From Azolla caroliniana (taxonomy: Eukaryota; Plantae; Polypodiophyta): 64,000 bases of DNA. The notes under the pieces are model-generated. The model did no database searches. It was not told the origin of the DNA and saw only the letters and a list, made by a program, of their open reading frames with translations. The number at the start of each line of letters is the position of its first letter. Position 1 is the stretch's first letter. The stretch spans positions 11,966,001 to 12,030,000 of the forward strand of contig JBHGNT010000018.1 of NCBI GenBank assembly GCA_043228905.1, written 5' to 3'. A program made the translations under genes and the position numbers. Positions 36,187-47,678 of the stretch are shown piece after piece.

Positions 36187-38313
36187 ATGAGGGGGTCGGA
36201 TCTTGCAGAGGCCATGGCTTCGGCCGTGGATCGGATATTGAGCACACGCGAGGGCACCGGTGCCCTCGACAGAGCCATTGAGGCGGTCGTCGGTACGATC
36301 GGCCGTTTCAGCGGAAAGGATGCTACGAAGTATTTGGCGTCCTACGGGGCGGAAATGCTGATGTGGGACATTCCGGAAGAGAGGCGTCTTGCCGGGTTCC
36401 CTCGAGTGGCGATGCCGAGCATCCATGCGGAGGTGCTCGAGGTACGGGCGGAGAGCCGTACCTGGGAGGAGTTCGAAGGCCGACTCCTAGAGAAATATGG
36501 GCTGGACGACGCGCTCCGGCTTTCGAAACGGGACTTCATGGAATGGGTGGAGTCCCCCGGCAAGGGAAGAAACGCGTCGGCACTCCTCCGGGAGTTCGAA
36601 GAACGCTTTGCACGCCTTTCGGCACTTGACCGAACCATTCTGGATACGAGCCGGGTCCTACTGTTCGTCAAGTCGGTGGACGAGCGGGACCGGGATCAAG
36701 TCGGCTCCTTGCTGGAAACTGAAGACGGGCTGACAACCGACTGGACCGCGGTTAAGAGAGTCTGTGGCCGTTTCGACAAGCGGCGAGAATGGGCTGACAA
36801 CGGGGCGGCCGGTGCGGGCTCTGTTACAGCAAGGAGGCTTGAACCGGCACCGCAAGTGCGAAGGGAAGAAACCCGGGAATGGCTCGAAACCGGTCCGGCT
36901 TCAACCAGCATGGTCAATGGCTCGTCCGGAGGAGCCGCGCTAGAGGAGTTGACGCGGGCGGTAAAGGATCTCCAAATCGCCCAGACTCGAAGGGAAGGCG
37001 GCGAACCGGCTCGTGACCGACGGCCGGCAGCGGGGAACAAGTGCATGTGGTGCGACGAGGTCGGCCACATTCGGAAGGACTGCGGCGATTTCGCAGAGGC
37101 GTTGAGAAACCGGGTGGTGTACCTGTGGGAAGGCCGGGTGCACGCTGGCGACACCAGGAGGGCCCTGAGCCGAAATGACAGGCGAGGAGGTATGAAGAGA
37201 TTGATGGAAGAGGCGGCGGCCCGACACGTGGAGGCCATCCACTACTCGGCGTCGGCCGGTATTTGGGTCGGGGGCAGCGAGACCTGAAAGGAGAGCAAAG
37301 ACGGTTTCTGGTCGGCAATGCTGGAAGGCCTCGCCGGCACGCGACTGAGGAAAGATGAAACGGACCACGCTGAGAGACGGGTCCGGGAAATAACCGGGTG
37401 GAGCGATCCGGTCGAGGAGAAGACGGGCTTCGTAGAAGCCGCTTGCCGGAACTATGAGGCTCTGGTAGAAGAGAAACGAGTGGGGAAAGCCGGAGCGACC
37501 GAGCCCTCACAACGGTACGAGACCCGATTCGGACAACAACGGAATGATGCCGGTGGGCCCGGCCCGCAAGATAACCCCAGGAAGGGCGGGTACCGACTGG
37601 GGACAGAAATAGAAAGGACTACGGACCTACGGAAGGTCCTAGAGGAACGGATCCTCGACAGCAAAGTGGAGCTGTCATTGCGAGAGGTGCTAGGGATCGC
37701 CAAGAAGGAATTCCACGACTCCATTGTGGACCTGGTGAAACGGAAGAGGTTGTCAACGGAGACGGATCCGGAAAGACCGGTAGAGGTGCGGACGACGCAC
37801 ATCGACGACTCGGCGCTGGCAGATGAGTGGGCGGAGAGCCACTATTCGAGGCCACACTGGGCCCGAGCGACCACGGAGACCCCGGTAAAGATCGGAGATG
37901 TTCGGGAACCGGTGGTGGCGTTGGTGGACCACGGTTCGGAAATAAACCTAATGTCCATGGACTTCTATAAGAGGGGGAAGTGGCCGATCAACACCAAGCA
38001 CGGGTGGAAGATACGGGCGGCGACGCGCGCCACCGAGGAACTGCATGGGGCCTGCCCGAACGTGCGAGTCAAGATCGGCGACGTCGAGATTGACCAGCAC
38101 TTCTTCGTACAGGAGACGTCCTCGCATCCGGTCATATTAGGTGAACCATACATCACGGCGGCGAGAATGGAGACCAAAGTGCTGGACAACGGTTCGGCCT
38201 ACGCGAGGGTCAAAAGCCAGGACGGGCGCCATTCGGTGCAATTTTTGACGGTACGGCCGAACCACGAGAGAAACCGCGAATCCCTCGGTGGCGAGAGCCG
38301 GGAGGATTTTTAG
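36187..38313 (+). pseudogene. gag: Element G gag-protease ORF1 with one internal stop (37285-37287)
   Basis: ORFs 36160-37287 and 37318-38313 share a frame; CMWCDEVGHIRKDC knuckle; ALVDHGSEINL protease. Confidence 0.88.
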
Positions 38314-38369
38314 AGAGGGCTGCCAAGGTGTGGGGCCGAGACAGCCCGGACACTCGGAAAGGACCCCAC
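38304..38369 (+). promoter_or_regulatory. Candidate -1 ribosomal frameshift signal (GGATTTT plus pseudoknot)
   Basis: Heptamer abuts the ORF1 stop; the -1 frame is open into pol; two interleaved stems lie 6 nt downstream. Confidence 0.7.
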
Positions 38370-41300
38370 GATTGTACGATAGGTAGGGGATTTTGCTTCT
38401 CCGACAGCGGAGGGTGTATGATGGTCGGCATCGTTGGCCGAGAAAAGACAAGGGTAGAAGAGCGACTTCGAGCGTGCGGAGTTCTTGGCCCGGACGAGGA
38501 AATCAGCGGAGCCGTGGAGGCGGTCTCCTTTGACGACACCTTAGGGATGCTGAGGAAGGTTGCCGGAGAAGACCTTAACGAAGACCGGACGATACCGGTA
38601 TGTTCCGAAGAGATGTACGAAGTCATCGCGAACTTCAGTCGGGGGCTCGAGTCGGATCGGACGGCCCGAGTTAGCACGAGGTACAAGACTGTGGACCGGA
38701 AGGTGAGGCCGGTCGCGGCACCCTTACCGGAGGGCAGCGAGTCCCGGATTAGAGGGGTTGCGTCGGACCCCAGTTTACGAGATCCGGCCTGCATAGGACA
38801 CACCTTCACCGACGATACGCTCCGGGAGCTCAAAATCGGTGGGGGCGGGTTCCTACTGCCGGCGGAGGAAGACCGGTTTCGGAGAATGCTCGGAAGGCAC
38901 GGGAAAGCCTTCGCATTCTCACCGGAAGAGATCGGGTGCGTAGACCCGACGATCGTGGAGCCGATGGTGATATTCACGGTACCGCATGTGCCGTGGAATC
39001 TCAAGCCGATCCCGGTACCAAGAGCTCACATCCCGAAGTTGATGGAGCTACTGAGGCAGAAAGTAGATATGGGCATTCTCGAACCGTCGAGTGCCCCGTA
39101 CTCGAACCGATGGTTTACCGTACCGAAGAAAAACGGAACGTTGCGCTTCATTCAGGACCTGCAGCCGGTCAACAGAGTGACCATTCGAAACGCAGGAATC
39201 GGACCGACCATAGACGAGTTCGCGGAGGCCTTTGCCGGAAGGTCGATTTACTCGGTCGGTGATCTGTACTCAGGATACGACCAGTTCCAGCTAGCCGTGG
39301 AGAGCAGAGACATTACGACGATGCGAACTCCCCTCGGCCTAGTGCGAATGTGTACCCTGCCACAAGGAGGGACCAACTCGGTGGCCCACATGGTGAATGC
39401 AATGAACAAAGTACTGAGGGATTGCATCCCGGACATCACCATGCCATTTCTAGACGACATCCCCATCAAAGGGTGCCCGGTGGAAGAGAAGGACGAGACA
39501 CTCGGGCCGGACGGATGCCGGCGATTCGTAGCAACACACATCGACGACTGTGAGAAGGTGCTACAAAGGCTAGAGGATGCGAGGCTCACCTTCTCCGGGG
39601 AGAAATCGGCCTTCGGGCAATCAGAAATCCTGGTGGTCGGGCATCTATGTGGACCATATGGCCGGAAGCCGTCTCCGGCAAAGGTAGAAGCCATCTCCGC
39701 GATGAAGACCGACTGTAGCTCGGTTACGGAAGTTCGGAGGTTCCTAGGGGCATGCGCGTTCTACCACATATGGATCCCGCATTACGCCCACGTTGCGGAG
39801 CCGCTATACGGGTTGCTGAAGAAAGGGCGAAAATTCGAGTGGCGAGACGAGCACACAGGGTCGGTCCGGAAGCTGAAGGAAGCTCTTGCGGCAGCACCGG
39901 TGCTCCGGAAGGCTGTCTACAGGAAGGGTACCCCGGTACACATAACGGTGGATACGAGTCCGACCGGGATCGGATGGGTCGTCAACCAAGAAGACGAGGA
40001 CGGCATTCGATTCCCGATCCGATTCGGCGCTAAGGTCCTCAGTGAGCGACAGCGAGGGTACGCCCAGGTTAAACGCGAACTCTGGGGTATCGTTTCGGCG
40101 GTAAAGGCGGACAAAGACTACCTGATCGGGACAGAAGTGATTATAGAGACGGATTGCCTGCCAATTCTCGGCATGGTTTCCGGATGCGCAACACCGGACC
40201 TGGCAATGCTCAGGTGGATAGCGTACGTCAAGTCCCTGGACTCGGAAATACGGCACATTTCCGGAAAGGATAACGCCATGGCCGACATGCTTTTGAGGGC
40301 AAGGTTTGATGACGAGGGCGGCATGGTTTCGGAGGACGAAGAAGTCGGCGTGGACTTCTTCGAGTCGGCGTACGTGACGACCGATGGGACGAGCACTCCG
40401 GCACTTAACGACTTCGACGAGAGCAAGTACGACGGCGAGTGGCTCCGGATCGGTGGATTCTTGAGGACAATGATGCCGGATGCGTCATGGACGAAGGACG
40501 AGGCCAACCGGATCCGGAAGAAAGCTTACCGATTCTTTCTCCGGGACGGATTCTTATGGAAGCACCCGAAGAAGAGGGATGGCGCTCCGCTCCGGGTGGT
40601 GGCGATGAAGGAAGAACAGGAGGAGCTGCTAACGGCCTACCACGACAGCCCCTGGGCCGGACACCGTGGGACCTGGGCCACGTTCGAGAAGATAAAGGGG
40701 AAGTACTGGTGGCCGGGACTGTACCGGGACGTGCATCGATTTGTGACAACTTGCGAGAGCTGTCAGATGCACTCCATAGTCCGACACTGGGATGAACTTC
40801 ACCCTATGTACCCTCCGACCATCCACTTCAAATGGATGGTAGACCTGGTAACGATGCCGATAGGAGTAGGACAGATGCGGTATCTGGTCCTGGCTCGGGA
40901 AGATCTAACGAACCAGGTCGAAGGTCGGGCCCTTCAGAACAAAACGACTGCGGCCGTATGTCGGTTCCTGCTCGAGGACGTAATATGCCGGTACGGGTGC
41001 GTCGGGAAGATCGTGGCTGATCGCGGGGAGTTGGACGCCGAAGAGGCCGAGGAGCTGTTCGACCGGCTAGGAGTCAAGCTCTCGCTTACCACTGCGTACA
41101 ATCCGGAGGCGAATGGGAAGGTGGAGCGTGGACACGGACCGATCGTCAAGGCGTTAGTTCGGGCATGGGGAGGTCGGGTCGGGAACTGGCCGCGGCTACT
41201 GCCTTACGCGTTGTGGGCTGACCGGACTACGCACAGTTCGGTAACCGGATTCATGCCGGCAGAGCTCATGTTTGGGCAGAAGCTGATCATGCCGATCGAA

Positions 41301-41777
41301 CGTACGGTCTCCTCATGGGCAACCGTGGATTGGAGAGACGAGATGAGCCGGGAGGAACTGCTGACGGCACGCATACGATAGCTCGAGCGGAGACCGGAGG
41401 ACGTGGAGCAGGCTGCGGGAAGGCTTCGGGTGGCCAGGACGAGGAACAAAGCCCGGTTTGACCGGACGCACTAGCTCCAACCTAAGAAGATCGAGGAAGG
41501 CGACTGGGTGCTAGTCTACGACAGCAGCCTCGACAACCAGCACCGAGCGACGCGGAAGTTCGCAAGAAGGTGGTTCGGGCCTTACGTGGTACAAAGCGCC
41601 AACGACAACGGGACGTACCATCTGGCGGAACTCGACGGTACGAGAATAACGATACCGGTAGCTGGGAAGCGGATCAAGACGTTCAAGAAGCGTCACGACG
41701 ACGAGCCGGATCAGGATGGCTTGGACCGCGACGACGAGCGATCCGAAACCGAGGAGGAGCCGACGGGCGGGGAATGA
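38328..41777 (+). pseudogene. pol: Element G pol (RT, RNase H, integrase) with two TAG stops near the integrase C-terminus
   Basis: DLYSGYDQ, LPQGGTNS and PFLDD RT motifs; VDTSP and ETDC RNase H motifs; H-H-C-C, WMVDLV and NGKVERG integrase motifs; WFGPY after stops at about 41379 and 41472. Confidence 0.93.
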
Positions 41778-41850
41778 AGGCTGGACCGGTTTTCTCTGTC
41801 CAAACACAATTTGGCGCATGCCGGTGGATGCGCGGTTAGGTGGGGGCGGA

Positions 41851-42500
41851 TGTCGTGAAGAAAACCGTCCACAAGCGAAATCGGTGTACCGGAGCGTAGA
41901 AACCGACTCTTCATGCACGCGCGCCTTAAGTTGTACATAGGAGATCCTAGGTAGATTCGGTAGGTAGGGAGAAAAGGGGAAACGGCTCCTTCCTTGCCTA
42001 TAAAAAGAAGGGGGACGAGGAGGGTAGAGGGATCGCGGAGAGTTGAGGACAAAGTGCTGTCGGATTGGGCGCGAAGGCTTCTCTCTCTCCCTCTCTCTCT
42101 CTCTCTGGTTCGCGGACTCCATAGCTTCCTTCTGTGCAGGTTTCGGGAGGCTCGCGCTGCTCTGAGGAATGCCCGAGTGCTTCCGGCAGCACCTCCAACT
42201 TGTTCCTGTCTTTCTGTGTGTTTACGAATAGGCATCGGCATCTGTCCGCCGGCCTGTTCGGTTGTAACCGACTTCGTGTTTTGTTGTCTTCGTGTTCTTG
42301 TTGTTTGTCTTGTCAATACATACATACTTTCGTGTCTTTCTCTGTCGCTGTCCCACTCGCATCCTTGCGTCGAAGGGCCGTGTCCCTGTGAATCTACGCC
42401 CGCACGTAGTGGGTCTCTCTCTCTCTCTCTCTCTTACTCTTCGGTACAGGACCCCCGAGGTCCCGCCTCACTCCACGCATCCGCGAGGAATACCTCGACA
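41851..42500 (+). repeat. Element G 3' LTR
   Basis: TGTCGTG...CTCGACA followed by TSD CCGG. Confidence 0.95.
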
Positions 42501-42504
42501 CCGG

Positions 42505-45500
42505 AGACGACACTCCACACCCAATCGTGCATATCGGAGAAGTCCCTTTGAGCCATGTCGGACAGAGGGGGAAGCTGATGAATGTATTACACGTTCCGAC
42601 TATCATGAAGAACCTGGTGTCGGTCGGACAGATCGTCGACCAGGGAATGCAGGTGTGGTTTACGCACCTTGGGTGCTTCATCGAGGAGGAGGGCCAGATC
42701 ATTGCGCAAGGGCGCAAAGATGGGAGGATGTTCATCCTTGACACCAATGACATCGGCACCGCTTTGTTTTCCAAAGGACAGAAGATCGAATCGGATATTG
42801 ATCTCTGGCACAAGCGGATCGGCTACATCAATTACTGGAGGCTTCAAGACCTACAAATGAAACAAGTTGTTTTCGGCTGGCCGAAGTTCAGTGGCCGGAA
42901 CGCCCAAGTGTGTGAAGCCTGCCAACTCGGGAAGCAACACCGGCTTCCATTCCCCACCAAATGAAACCGGAGCTGTAACAAGCTCGACCTAATCCATTCG
43001 GATGTATTGGGATTGGTACAAAGCGTTAGTCTTGGCGGGAGTCGATATTTCGTGTCCTTCATCGACGACTATAGCCAGCACACATGGATCTACCTGATTG
43101 AGCGGAAGAGTGAAGTCTTCGAGTGTTTTCGAAACCTGCAAAGCCTGGTTGAATGGGAAACTGATAGGAAGATCAAGTGCCTGCAGTTGGATGGCGGAAA
43201 AGAGTACTTTTCCGGTCAATTCAATGGGTATTTGCAACAGATGGGAATTCAGCTGCAGATATACGCCGGAGCAAAACGGTGTGGCCGAAAGAAAAAATCG
43301 GTCGATTGTGGATGCGGCGAGGGCAATGCAAGAGGAGAAGACCATGCCCCATTTCTACTAGGTGGAGGCAGTCCGGACGACCGTCTACATCCAAAACTGG
43401 ATTGGTGACAACATCCAAAACTGGATTGGTGACAAGGTGTCAGCACACGAGTTGTATTTCGGGCGCAAGCCGAACTTGAGACACCTTCGAATATTCAATA
43501 GCATTGCATATGTTCATGTACCGGATGAGAAGCGAAGGACGTTGGATGCTAAGTCAGAGAAAAAGGGGTACAAGTGTTATAACGCTCGGACGAAGCAGGT
43601 TCGAGTTAGCGGGGATGTAGAGTTTGATGAAACGGCATCAGGGTATGCATTACTGACTTCCGACCCCGACCCGATACCGGAGGATGAGGCTAGTGAGCCT
43701 GAATTGGTCCAGTTAGAAGATGAAGGGTCCAAGACTCAAGAAGAGAGTCCGGAATCGTTTCCGTTGAGCGACTGGGTCTGCCAGACCAGTTGGATGATGA
43801 ACCGACGAGTAGTGGAGACTCTGTCGTGCTCTCCCCGTGCAAGGAGTCGAGGAGACGGTTCACGCGCAAAGAGAAGGGGAAGAACAAGATGTCGGGATAC
43901 GAAACTAGCAATGCCAAGTTGGATCGGAGCGGATCCGACTCCGGAAAGCAAGATGGCGGATCTTCGGGAACGAAGACCGAACTGGCCAAGAAGGGCCCAA
44001 AACCGGGTAACAGTGAGTTACGCCAGTCTTCCCGCCAGAAGGAACCCGTGAAGAGGTACGGATACAATGAGTACATGGCGCATCACTATGCGTACATGAC
44101 CAAGGTGGCGGAGGTGCGTGAGCCGGAAAGCTATGCAGAAGCGGCAAAGGACGCACATTGACGTGTCGCTATGGAAGAAGAAATGCGGGCACTTGATGCC
44201 AATGACACATGGGACCTAGTTGACCCTCCCCGACACTGTAAACCGATCGGATGCAAGTGGGTGTACAAGGTAAAGTACAATGCCGACGGTTCAGTTAACC
44301 GGTACAAGGCCCGGTTAGTGGCAAAGGGATATGCGTAGATTCACGGAATCGACTACGACGAGACCTTCGCTCCAATGGCAAAGATGATGACGGTTCGTGT
44401 AGTATTGACAGTTGTTGCGGCAAGGGGGTGGCATCTTCATCAGATGGATGTGAAGAATGCCTTTCTTCAAGGTGATCTTGAAGAATGGGTCTACATGATC
44501 CAACCCCCCGGTTTTCAATCGGAGATAAACAAGTCGGCGGTATGCCGGTTGAAGAATTCACTTTATGGCTTGAAGCAAGCCCCCCGAGCTTGGAATGTGA
44601 AGATCACGCACTGGTTGCGTAAGATGGGGTTGACGGCCTCCAAGTCTGACTCTTCGTTGTTCATCCGGCAAAGTCCGGACGGTCCGGTTTGCATCTTGTT
44701 GTATGTTGATGATCTAGTCATCACCGGACCCGGACTCGATGAAATCAGCCGAGTCAAGTCCCAGCTGTCGGACGCATTTAAGATGAAGGACCTGGGGGAC
44801 CTTCACTATTTCCTTGGGATCGAGGTGATCTGAACCCCCGACGACATATTGCTCTCACAAAGACACTACGAGTTGAATATGCTGTACAAGTTCAGCATGA
44901 TGGAATGCCGACCAATCTCCACACCCTTGGACCGGAACCAGAAGCACCGTCCCGACTCTAGATGGGCCTGCGAATCGAAGCAGTTCTGAAAAATCGTCGG
45001 AAGCCTCATATATTTGACAATCACCCGACCCGACATCAGTTATCCGGTCGGCGTGATCAACCAATACATGCAGAAGCCGACCGTGGAGCACCTTTTGTGC
45101 GCGCATCGAATTTTGCTATAACCGAAGAGCTAGTCGGCTACACCGATGCCGACTGGGCCGACGATGCATCAAATCGCTGATCCACCTCCGGCTATATGTT
45201 TTCCCTTCGTAGCATGACCGTTGCATGGAGCAGTAAAAAGCAGCCAACAGTGGCCCTCTCGAGCACTGAGGCTGAATACCAAGGCGCTACCGTTGCCACC
45301 TGTGAAGCCATTTGGCTTCGGCGATTGCTGCAAGACCTACGGATCGAGGTGTCGACCCCAATCCTGATCTACTATGACAACATAAGCAACATACAGCTTG
45401 CCAGAAACCCCGTATTCCATGCTCGCACAAAGCATATAGAAGTGCACTACCAGTTCGTGCGTGAGCGTGTCCTGAGCGGTGAAATCGAACTTCGGTATGT

Positions 45501-45927
45501 TCATACGGATCGGCAAGTTGCCGACATCTGCACCAAACCGCTTGGATCGGACAAGTTGCAGAACTTCACCGAATTACTTGGTGTTCAGCATCTCAACGTT
45601 CAACACTTGAGGGGGAGAACAGGCAAAGACACCGGAATGGGCAAAGGCAAAGAAACTGCTGATTGCACCAACGAGGGAAGAACCGATAAAGGGGGAGACA
45701 AGAAGAAGAAGGGAGCCGAGTCGACAATGGAAGTTGACACATCCGAACAAGTCGGAACAAGCGGTAGCAGCGGCAGAGTCAAGAAGGACACAACTGACCG
45801 GAAGGAGAAGGCCAAGACACGGAAATGGTGTGATGTGGTGAAGGGCCTGGAACCGGAAGACGAATCGGGAGCAACCAATTCGAACAAGAGTTGGAACGAA
45901 TCAGAGATAGTTGATTCGGTTCAATAG
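42505..45927 (+). pseudogene. pol: Copia J pol (integrase, RT, RNase H and charged tail)
   Basis: LWHKRIG, QNGVAERKNR, QMDVKNAFLQGDL, YVDDLVI, SSTEAEY, RTKHIEVHY; frameshifts and stops. Confidence 0.92.
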
Positions 45928-46242
45928 ACGGATTGGGAAGAGCCAGATCAATTCCAGGCCAAGAGGACGAGATGGCAACAAAAGTCGACGCCAACACGAA
46001 GGAATCGACGGGTCGACAAGCGCCGAAGTCACAACAACGAGGGAGTTGATTTGGGCCTGTTGAGCAGACAAGCCAACTGAGGAGGTCGAGATGTGCAGAA
46101 ACAGAAGGGTCGTGGCAAACAGGACCGGACCGGACGAGGAGCGCGAGCAAGGCAGAGTGACGCCAGAAGGAGTCCTGTGGAAGGACCGGGTGCCATGGAG
46201 ACTGACACTATGATCTGACCTCAAGTTGAGCTTGAGGGGGAG

Positions 46243-46636
46243 TGTTGAGCGGCAAGCTCAACCGGATCCGGATCGGCATCTGGAAGGATGAGCCGGATCG
46301 ACGAGCTGGTGAGCAACTGAGGCGGTGAGCTGGGGAGCCAGTTAGCTGGATCTAGTAGTAACCGGAAGCCAAGTAACAACTAGTGTACTAGGGAGTTAAT
46401 ATCTCGTAGTTAGTGTCAGACGCTCGTGTGAGCATTGAAGTACACCGTACTTCTGTCAGTCCGTATGGACTTGTATAAAAGTGTTCACTGAACACATACG
46501 ATGTACAGACTGAGTAGTAGTATTTTGAATTGAGTTTTAGTGTGCTCTCTCTCTTTGTCTCTCCCGCGTACTGTTAAGCTCTCCATTAAACCTGTTTTCT
46601 GTTTTCTATTGCTTCCGCACGATATTTGTTTCTACA
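46243..46636 (+). repeat. Copia J 3' LTR
   Basis: Matches 33982-34337 with indels; preceded by CTTGAGGGGGAG. Confidence 0.92.
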
Positions 46637-47258
46637 GAGTCCCTGTGGTCCTGCCTCAAGTTCACGTGTCTTTGTCGTATTTTTAGGACATCTTTGGTGA
46701 ACATGACGTGAAACGAGACGGCAAGAGGATATCAAGTGCGATGATGGCTTCGACAAGCGGAACTCAAGGATAGGAATTGATGAAAGGCATGGTGTCCGTC
46801 GTGGAATACATGCTGAAGGCGAGAGATCGGGAGGCTTTAATCGACAAAGTTGTTGATCGAATAGTAGAGATAGCTGGACGATTCGGTGGCAAGAACATCA
46901 CGGATTTCCTTGCTACCTATCGGAAAGAGATGGAGCTAAGGGATGTCCACAATCTTAAACAAATTTCTAGCTTTAATCATGTGGTCAAACCAGGGTTCCA
47001 GGAGCACGTCATGGAGATCCAAAACGAGCGCACAACTTGGGTGGAGTTCGAAAAGGTGCTTCTTCCTGAATACATGCTTGAAGATGCGTTAAGGAGGACT
47101 CGGGATACATGAATGATTTGGATCAAGAAGAAAGGGAAGAATCTGTGTGCATCAGGAGTATATGCAGAATTCAACCAGAAATACAACCGACTTCTGAGTG
47201 CTGATCAATGAATTCTCGATGGAGATAAAGTCCTGTTGTTCTTGAAGGCGGTGAATAC

Positions 47259-47628
47259 TGTTGTATGTATGGCTGGACTAGCCGCAACACAGGTGTCTAT
47301 CCGACACTTCTCCAAAGGGGTGGTAGGGATAGGATGTTAATACACGCGTATGATAATTACACTTAAGCACAGACGAAGACAAGATTAATAAGCATAAGCA
47401 AAACTATATTAATTCTTCGCAACTTCATTACAAAACATCGGATCCTTTTATAGGCATCCGGCCAGATTACAATCGGTGCTCGGTAGGCAACCGTTAACCG
47501 AAACCGAATCGGTTCGGATCCGGATCGGTTACAACTACCGGATCCGTCCCTCTAATAATTCTATTCCTATTTCTATATTTATCCGATCCGACCTTGCTTT
47601 CCCATTTGCCTTCTCTGACCGGCCAACA
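47259..47628 (-). repeat. Element N 3' LTR
   Basis: Direct repeat of 57034-57403 at offset 9775. Confidence 0.95.
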
Positions 47629-47630
47629 CA

Positions 47631-47670
47631 TGGCACGCCCGTGGGAAAGTGCATTGCACTTCGAACCCAC
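47631..47670 (-). other. tRNA 3'-half-like sequence at the PPT position of element N
   Basis: Minus strand GTGGG-TTCG-AAGTGCAATGCACTT-TCCCAC-GGGCGTG-CCA, then 2 nt, then LTR; homologous motif in M at 29200-29240. Confidence 0.7.
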
Positions 47671-47678
47671 AGCCGGCT

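Larger units (their letters stand above)
35493..42500 (+). mobile_element. Ty3/Gypsy G (tRNA-Trp primed, 4-bp TSD), near-intact
   Basis: 650-bp LTRs at 35493-36142 and 41851-42500 with few differences; TSD CCGG (35489-35492, 42501-42504); PBS 36147-36164; PPT about 41834-41850; order gag-PR, then RT-RH-INT. Confidence 0.96.
33982..46636 (+). mobile_element. Ty1/Copia J, full length, degenerate; hosts G
   Basis: LTRs 33982-34337 and 46243-46636; flanks GAGGC / GAGTC; Met PBS 34338-34349; PPT 46231-46242. Confidence 0.92.
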
